Origin: an uncultured Candidatus Saccharibacteria bacterium
GTDB taxonomy: Bacteria; Patescibacteriota; Minisyncoccia; Phycocordibacterales; CAIZLB01
Assembly (NCBI GenBank): GCA_964443365.1
Contig: CAYUCM010000001.1
Coordinates: 6,467-54,431, forward strand
Length of the DNA: 47,965 nucleotides
Direction of reading: 5' to 3'
Position 1 is the stretch's first letter, and every line of letters begins with the position of its first letter. Below, piece after piece: positions 42,567 through 47,965 of the stretch. A program made the position numbers and the translations under genes. The notes under the pieces are model-generated. The model made no database searches and was not told where the DNA came from. It worked only from the letters and a program-made list of their open reading frames with translations.

Positions 42567-44414
42567 TTAAAATCGATTATTTAAGCCCTCGGCCTCCTTT
42601 CTTCTCATTTCAGCCAGCTCCGCCTTTTCTTTCTTAATCTGAAGAACCTCAGATGGTTTTGATGTAATTATTTGATTTTCTGTATATGATGCTATAACCT
42701 TGATTGCAACGTGTTTTTGTCCAGCAAAGAACATTCCCTCTCCCACATCTGATTCCAATAATAAATATTTTTCCTCCTCTGTTAAATTGAATGTTTTTTG
42801 AATAATATCAATTGATGATGGCGATTGTTTTAACAGAATTTGAATTGAAGAGTTTGAAATAATCGGTAATCCATAAGGTGATTTAAGAAAGTCCTCAACG
42901 TCTTGTGTAATTGTTGCAAGTCCTAGATAATATTTTCTACCTCTTTTTGCAAGCCCCAACAAGAACGCGGCTGTATCTTCAGATTTCATCAGATACCACG
43001 CCTCGTCAATAACCAAAAGCCTCTTTTTAAGTTCTTTTCTAATGGCGTTCCATATGTAATGCATTACTATATACATGGCGACAGGTTTTAATTCCTCCTC
43101 CATGTCTCTAAGGGAGAAAACCACAAACTTTTTATTAATATCAATATTTGATGGTCTGTTTATAAAACCAGCCCAAGTTCCTTTTGTATATTTTGTAATT
43201 CTTTGAACCAAAGACTCTCCACCCTCCATTCCACCTAAAACCAATTCAAAATCAGACATCAAAGGAGGTTCAGCTGCTGCAAAATTAGATTCAGCGGTAA
43301 TATCCTTAAGAGCATAGGTTTCTGTTATTGCTCTGTCTATAACAGCATCTTCTTCAGGTGTTAGTCCACCAAGCATTATTCTAAATAGGCCCACAAGATT
43401 AATAATATTTGAACGAAGAACGTCCGCAGAAGACTCCCCCTCTCTTGGTACCGGCAAATCAAATGGATTGATATGATGCTCTGATGTTAGAGAAATATTA
43501 AAGTATCTTCCACCTGTTGCTTCTGCTAAATATTCATATTCTCTTTCTGGATCAAGAACAATAACATCGGTATCAAACATCATTGATCTAATAATCTCTA
43601 ATTTTGTTTGGTATGACTTACCAGAACCAGCCTTTGCAAACGTTACAGAGTTATAGTTTTCTAGAGAAAATCTATCAAACAAGATAAGACTAGAGTTGTG
43701 TCTGTTTATTCCATACAAAATTCCCTTGTCTGATGTAAGGTCGAATGAAATGAAGGGAAATATACTTGATAAGGGTTCTGAGTTTAATTTGGAGTGAACT
43801 CCAAGCTTGTCCTCTCCTATTGGTAAAACACTTTGAAAGCCTTGTTCTTGTTGAAAGAGTGCCGGTTTAATGAAAACCAAATTTGCTTCTAGTATTGATT
43901 TTATTTCCGATTCTATCTTGTCTAACTCTTGCTCATTTTCTCCATATATTGAAATATATAAACCTATGTCAAAAAGTCTTTCTTGGGCTTGCTGTAGCTT
44001 GTCTCTTAATTCTTCAAGGTCTTGATATGCTGTATCAAGCTTAGGATCTCTAACAAGACCTTTTTGTTCTCTCGTGCTAATGTCCACTTCAATATCAGCA
44101 ACCTTTTTTGTAAATTGTCTAAGTATTGTTGCTGTATCTATTGGGTGAATAAAAATTGAAATATCAAAAACTTTGTCTAGATTAATTATTGGCGCAAACC
44201 AGTTTTCAGATAGAAATCTTGGGTATGAAATAACAAAGAATGTTCTAACAATCTTTTCTCCAAGATTAATTGTTTTAGGGCTAATTTTAAGGCCAGATGG
44301 AGCTATGATGTCTTGAAGTTCAAGTACACCAGATTGATAAATTTCTTTAGGTAAAATAGAACTTATTGGAGAGGGTTCTTCTTTTTTGGGTTTTAAAAAG
44401 TCTAGCAAGCTCAT
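42567..44414 (-). CDS. virB4: VirB4/TraE-type T4SS ATPase
   Basis: Walker A FAKAGSGKSYQTK, Walker B RLLVIDEAWYLM, and the ITQDVEDF motif region, preceded by an N-domain about 250 aa long. Confidence 0.8.
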   Translation of the reverse strand: MSLLDFLKPKKEEPSPISSILPKEIYQSGVLELQDIIAPSGLKISPKTINLGEKIVRTFFVISYPRFLSENWFAPIINLDKVFDISIFIHPIDTATILRQFTKKVADIEVDISTREQKGLVRDPKLDTAYQDLEELRDKLQQAQERLFDIGLYISIYGENEQELDKIESEIKSILEANLVFIKPALFQQEQGFQSVLPIGEDKLGVHSKLNSEPLSSIFPFISFDLTSDKGILYGINRHNSSLILFDRFSLENYNSVTFAKAGSGKSYQTKLEIIRSMMFDTDVIVLDPEREYEYLAEATGGRYFNISLTSEHHINPFDLPVPREGESSADVLRSNIINLVGLFRIMLGGLTPEEDAVIDRAITETYALKDITAESNFAAAEPPLMSDFELVLGGMEGGESLVQRITKYTKGTWAGFINRPSNIDINKKFVVFSLRDMEEELKPVAMYIVMHYIWNAIRKELKKRLLVIDEAWYLMKSEDTAAFLLGLAKRGRKYYLGLATITQDVEDFLKSPYGLPIISNSSIQILLKQSPSSIDIIQKTFNLTEEEKYLLLESDVGEGMFFAGQKHVAIKVIASYTENQIITSKPSEVLQIKKEKAELAEMRRKEAEGLNNRF

Positions 44415-44441
44415 AATATTTTAATTGTATGATAAAGTTGA

Positions 44442-45089
44442 TTAATTTCCAACTGAAATTGGTTTTTCTACCGTTCCTGGATTAAATAATTTATAAAAGA
44501 ATTCTATAGCCTCCTCTGTTCCCAGTTGCGCCGTTCTAATTCCGCATCTTATAAGTCCTTGTTCTATAACAGAAGTTCTTTGCTGTAATTGACTTTTGTA
44601 TTCTTCAAATCGTAAAAATTCTTCCTCATCTTCCTGTGCTTTGTTTTTCTTTTTTCCAAAAAAACCAGAAATTGCACCATTCTTTTGATTCATTATTGTT
44701 GGCGAAAACGGCACAACTACAAAGAAGCTTTTTGTCATAATATTTACAGACTCCGTTAGTCCCCTTATAAAGTCTATATATTCTCTTGTTTGGGTCTTCA
44801 TTAACTCACCAGATTGATCTTTAATTCTGTCTTCTAGTAAGTTAATATAAGGTGTTATGTCCAATCTTCTTGATTGAACAAATATTTGTATTGAAAAATT
44901 GATAGAATTTATAAAGTTTTGAAATTGATATATAACAGATTGCTGTTCTTCTTGGGATTTAAGCGCAAAGTTTATTGACGAAGCTAAAAGTATAGCCCTC
45001 ATTGATCCGTCCTTTAATACAACAATTCCATCCCTAATTTCTTTTATGGGAACAAATTCTTGTGTTGGTTTTGTGTTGTTGTCTACCAT
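44442..45089 (-). CDS. 215-aa protein resembling the extreme N-terminal domain of VirB4-like ATPases
   Basis: PIKEIRDGIVVLKDGSMRAILLASSINFALKSQEEQQSVIYQFQNFINSINFSIQIFVQSRRLD. Pattern recognition only. Confidence 0.35.
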   Translation of the reverse strand: MVDNNTKPTQEFVPIKEIRDGIVVLKDGSMRAILLASSINFALKSQEEQQSVIYQFQNFINSINFSIQIFVQSRRLDITPYINLLEDRIKDQSGELMKTQTREYIDFIRGLTESVNIMTKSFFVVVPFSPTIMNQKNGAISGFFGKKKNKAQEDEEEFLRFEEYKSQLQQRTSVIEQGLIRCGIRTAQLGTEEAIEFFYKLFNPGTVEKPISVGN

Positions 45090-45109
45090 TTTTTTAATTA
45101 TATATTTAT

Positions 45110-45538
45110 TTATTCAAAATTATCGACTTGTTTGCTTTGCTTTTCGTTAATATCCAAACTCCACGCCAAATCCTTTAGCTTACTACTGGTCATTTTTGTG
45201 TGAGATGCTGGAGCTATTTTGGTTTTTTTGTCCTCTTGCACCATTTGTTTTACAGGCTTGTCGATTTTTTTGTATGTATAAAGCCTGTGAGAAAAAATAA
45301 AGTAAAAGGCCGCTTCTAGTGTGACAATAAATGGTCTGTCATTAACTCTATAAAAAGCTAAAGCCAAACCAAGCATCAATACAGGAATCATTACGATTAT
45401 TGCAATGAAATGAGGTAATAATCTATACAGCACAAAAGCAATTCCTACTCCACCGACAAGATAAACAAATTGTTTGAATGTTAATTGACCAAACAGTTTT
45501 TCATCTTCTTCAATAAACTGAGGTGTTTGATATCTCAT
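45110..45538 (-). CDS. PrgI/VirB3-like small membrane protein
   Basis: QFIEEDEKLFGQLTFKQFVYLVGGVGIAFVLY plus a second TM. It lies just upstream of the VirB4-like genes, as in Gram-positive T4SS loci. Confidence 0.55.
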   Translation of the reverse strand: MRYQTPQFIEEDEKLFGQLTFKQFVYLVGGVGIAFVLYRLLPHFIAIIVMIPVLMLGLALAFYRVNDRPFIVTLEAAFYFIFSHRLYTYKKIDKPVKQMVQEDKKTKIAPASHTKMTSSKLKDLAWSLDINEKQSKQVDNFE

Positions 45539-45575
45539 GCGTAAAATAATTATAGCATGAAATTAATTCTTGTGT

Positions 45576-45917
45576 TTATTCCTGTGGCAATTCTTGTGTT
45601 TGTAGTTGTCTCAAGCTGTCTTTTATGGGGTGTATTATCAATTCATTAATATCTTTTGATATTTCTATGGCCTCAGACTTTGATATTTGAACCTCTTCTT
45701 CTATTTTATTAATAATATCTGCTGAATTTACTTCTCCAAAAACAATTTTTGCCAGTAGGGCCTCTAATTTTGCTGATTGGTCTATGTGTAATTTATGTTT
45801 CTTGCTTATTTGAGCAAGTGTTTCATCATAATTACTTTGATTTATTACCTGTTTCAGGTCATCAGATATTGAATCGTAAGCCTTCTGATTGTTTCTTGTT
45901 AGTGATATTGCTGTCAT
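45576..45917 (-). CDS. hypothetical 113-aa helical protein
   Basis: ORF in the operon. Shares a SKK-HK-x-IDQ-x-A...G...I...I segment with the next gene upstream. Confidence 0.5.
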   Translation of the reverse strand: MTAISLTRNNQKAYDSISDDLKQVINQSNYDETLAQISKKHKLHIDQSAKLEALLAKIVFGEVNSADIINKIEEEVQISKSEAIEISKDINELIIHPIKDSLRQLQTQELPQE

Positions 45918-45919
45918 TT

Positions 45920-46621
45920 TTATAGTTGTTCTCTGTAGGGGTCTACTTTATAATATGTCGATTTTTCTGTTTGTGTTACAGGTTGATTTAATTTTGCCGT
46001 CATTTGATCTTCTTTTTTGAGTGAGTTTTTGTTTGGCATTACGGATATGGCTGGCGTTGAAGGGGTGGTTTCTGGTGTTGGTGGTGAGACTGTTGTTGAT
46101 TGTATTGCTGGTTCGGTTGGTAATTGTGCTTGATATGTTGTATTTGCAGACATGTTCTTTTTTAATATTTCCAACGACGAACTCACAAGCGGTGTTGGAT
46201 TTTCAATTTCTTTTAGAATGTCTTCCGCGGTTTCTTCTTTTTGGGGTTCTTTATTAAAATCAACCTGTTCTTCTTTGGGTTCTAAATCTTCGTCAACAAA
46301 AAGGTCGTCCCATGGCTTATCTGCCCCCTTGAGATTGTTTGGAATTAATATTTTTTCATCGATTTCCTGATAAATTTCTTGATAAAAATCTGGAATCTTT
46401 CTCTTTATCAGATCTAACAATTCTGATTTTGCGAAAAAACCAAGCGCCACAAGTGTGATTGTGTTTGCAATAGATTCTATTGCGTTTTGATCAATAATTT
46501 TTCTTTTAGAAAACACATTAATCAAGTCTTGATCTGTTTCTAAATCATATAGTTTGTTTCTTAGCGCCTCAGGCAGATTAGACATTCTTTTTCCTATTTC
46601 TTGCGATTCTATTTTTTGCAT
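45920..46621 (-). CDS. hypothetical 233-aa protein (helical N-domain, Pro/Thr-rich tail)
   Basis: ORF in the operon. The N-domain is related to 45576..45917. The tail reads TTVSPPTPETTPSTPAISV. Confidence 0.5.
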   Translation of the reverse strand: MQKIESQEIGKRMSNLPEALRNKLYDLETDQDLINVFSKRKIIDQNAIESIANTITLVALGFFAKSELLDLIKRKIPDFYQEIYQEIDEKILIPNNLKGADKPWDDLFVDEDLEPKEEQVDFNKEPQKEETAEDILKEIENPTPLVSSSLEILKKNMSANTTYQAQLPTEPAIQSTTVSPPTPETTPSTPAISVMPNKNSLKKEDQMTAKLNQPVTQTEKSTYYKVDPYREQL

Positions 46622-46669
46622 TTTTTTATTTTAATTATTTTTTGGAAATCTATAATTTATAAATCTATA

Positions 46670-47953
46670 TTACGAAGATGCTGAAGCCTGTTTCTTCAGG
46701 TCCTCTATCTTGTTGTTATAAGTTTCTAGCTTGTCTCTGACTTTTTCAATTTCATTTACGTGGGCCTGAGCGTCAGCCAGACTGTCGTGGGCATTTTGAA
46801 ATGCCTGTTGATAGTTGTTGTAATTAGCTTGGGCTCGGGCTTTATCAATGTCGCTAGACATGGGATTGCTTAATGTTGTATTTAAAGCAAGCAAAGAATT
46901 GTCTCGTCGCCCTCTTGCTGTGTTCTTGGCCGCTCTAAGTGCAATAATACTCGTTGGTGCGGCGCTGGTTGTTATATCTGAATGATAATTTGAAATAAGC
47001 TCCATCATCTTTTTCGTCCTCTCCTCTGGTTTAAGGGTTCTGTCGTTAAGATATCTATTAGCTTTGGCAATATCGGTTGGGTTTTGTAGTATGGCGGGTA
47101 TTTTTCCAATTATACCAGCATGGTTTCCCCCGGCATCTAGGTGATAAAGTTCTCTGTGTATTTTATTTACTGCTTCTGCAGCACTCTTCTTTTTTGATGT
47201 ATCAAGTTGATCCATTGCTGCAAGCTCTGCTCCCTTGAACATAAATCCACCTCTTGGCATTTCTCCTTCGCTTGTTAAACCATAAGCCCTGTTTGTCGCC
47301 GCTTTTAGTTTTTTTGCATTGTCTCTTTGTGTGGATGTAATACCGGTTCTGTCTTCATATTCAGTATCAGTTTCGTGGTTTAGTTTGTCCACAGCATAGC
47401 CGGTTCTTTTAAAGTAATCCAACGCAGATTCCCCAGATCTTTGTTTAAGTGTTGATGTTGCAAGTTTTGCTCTCTCTTCAATTGCTTTCTTGTCCGTATC
47501 AACCCTACTTCTATATGAACCGCTGCCGCCCAACTTGGATTGAGCTAGTTTGTCTAATCCCTGAAGAGATCTGCTTCCAATAAATCTTCCAATAGCACTG
47601 TTTCCCGTTGCCATTTTTGCCAGAGCTGTACTTTTTGAGGCTTTGTTGAATGCCCAACTTGCGGGCGCCGTTGCTCTATTGACTGCAAAGTTTTTACCCC
47701 ATTTTCCCATCGCACTACTCCAGCCTTGCATTTTCTTTGACCCCATTGCTCCAAAGTTTGCCGCAACAATTAAGGGCATTGTTAAAAGAACACACATAAA
47801 TACAAAATAGAATACATTTCCAATCGCACTAAAATCTTCTGCTGTAAATAAAGCCATAAAACCACCTTTCTTACTATTGTCTCCCCATAACATTTCAAGT
47901 GCAATAAACATCATTATCATGTATGCTGGCGCAAACAAGAGATTTGTTCTCAT
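46670..47953 (-). CDS. membrane protein with a long hydrophilic coiled-coil tail; possible VirB6/TrbL-like component, probably 5'-truncated by the window
   Basis: TMs LLFAPAYMIMMFIALEMLW and NVFYFVFMCVLLTMPLIVAANFGAM. The frame stays open (WWKK) from the ATG at 47953 to the window edge at 47965. Confidence 0.35.
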   Translation of the reverse strand: MRTNLLFAPAYMIMMFIALEMLWGDNSKKGGFMALFTAEDFSAIGNVFYFVFMCVLLTMPLIVAANFGAMGSKKMQGWSSAMGKWGKNFAVNRATAPASWAFNKASKSTALAKMATGNSAIGRFIGSRSLQGLDKLAQSKLGGSGSYRSRVDTDKKAIEERAKLATSTLKQRSGESALDYFKRTGYAVDKLNHETDTEYEDRTGITSTQRDNAKKLKAATNRAYGLTSEGEMPRGGFMFKGAELAAMDQLDTSKKKSAAEAVNKIHRELYHLDAGGNHAGIIGKIPAILQNPTDIAKANRYLNDRTLKPEERTKKMMELISNYHSDITTSAAPTSIIALRAAKNTARGRRDNSLLALNTTLSNPMSSDIDKARAQANYNNYQQAFQNAHDSLADAQAHVNEIEKVRDKLETYNNKIEDLKKQASASS

Positions 47954-47965
47954 TTTTTTCCACCA

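Noticed and set aside
1-47965. CRISPR arrays, diversity-generating retroelements, transposons, prophage
   Set aside because: No regularly spaced direct repeats were seen. No reverse transcriptase, transposase, integrase or phage structural genes were seen. The only long exact repeat (the 70-mer) is identical rather than adenine-mutated, so it does not look like a DGR template/variable pair.

Overview
AT-rich (roughly one-third G+C by eye), tightly packed bacterial chromosome segment. It reads cleanly in the standard code: TAA, TAG and TGA all terminate good ORFs. The gene content looks like a Candidate Phyla Radiation / Patescibacteria (Parcubacteria-like) genome: a minimal housekeeping set, PilM/N/O plus PilB type IV pilus genes, a short YidC, many membrane-anchored orphans and almost no Shine-Dalgarno sequences. 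That taxonomic placement is inference only. Supported content: the origin neighbourhood (rpmH-rnpA-yidC divergent from dnaA-dnaN, with DnaA boxes); DNA replication and repair genes (ruvA, ruvB, ruvC, ruvX, mutM, polA, a holA-like gene); ribosomal proteins L19, S20 and L34; six hand-folded tRNAs; a DinJ-YafQ toxin-antitoxin pair; an envelope-remodelling cluster (VanY fragment, two paralogous putative Cys-peptidases, a polysaccharide deacetylase); a class A PBP; an ABC exporter; and many intrinsic terminators. Most interesting items: (1) a ten-gene type IV secretion-like operon at 38.9-48 kb, with a VirB4-like ATPase, PrgI/VirB3-like, pilin-like and VirB6-like proteins plus five or six unknowns, and no relaxase or coupling protein in the window; (2) two diverged tandem paralogs sharing a 70-nt perfectly identical DNA segment; (3) a G+C-rich orphan gene between the 3' ends of two tRNAs; (4) a G+C-rich structured non-coding region closed by a 19-bp stem upstream of ruvB; (5) a 28-nt repeat (27/28) linking the ruvC 3' end to a palindrome in the dnaN-dnaA spacer; (6) a recurrent extended -10 element 6-8 nt upstream of ATG, implying leaderless mRNAs; (7) a 721-aa coiled-coil protein with PPPLP tracts followed by a WH2-like helix. 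No CRISPR array, rRNA, transposase, integrase or reverse transcriptase was seen.
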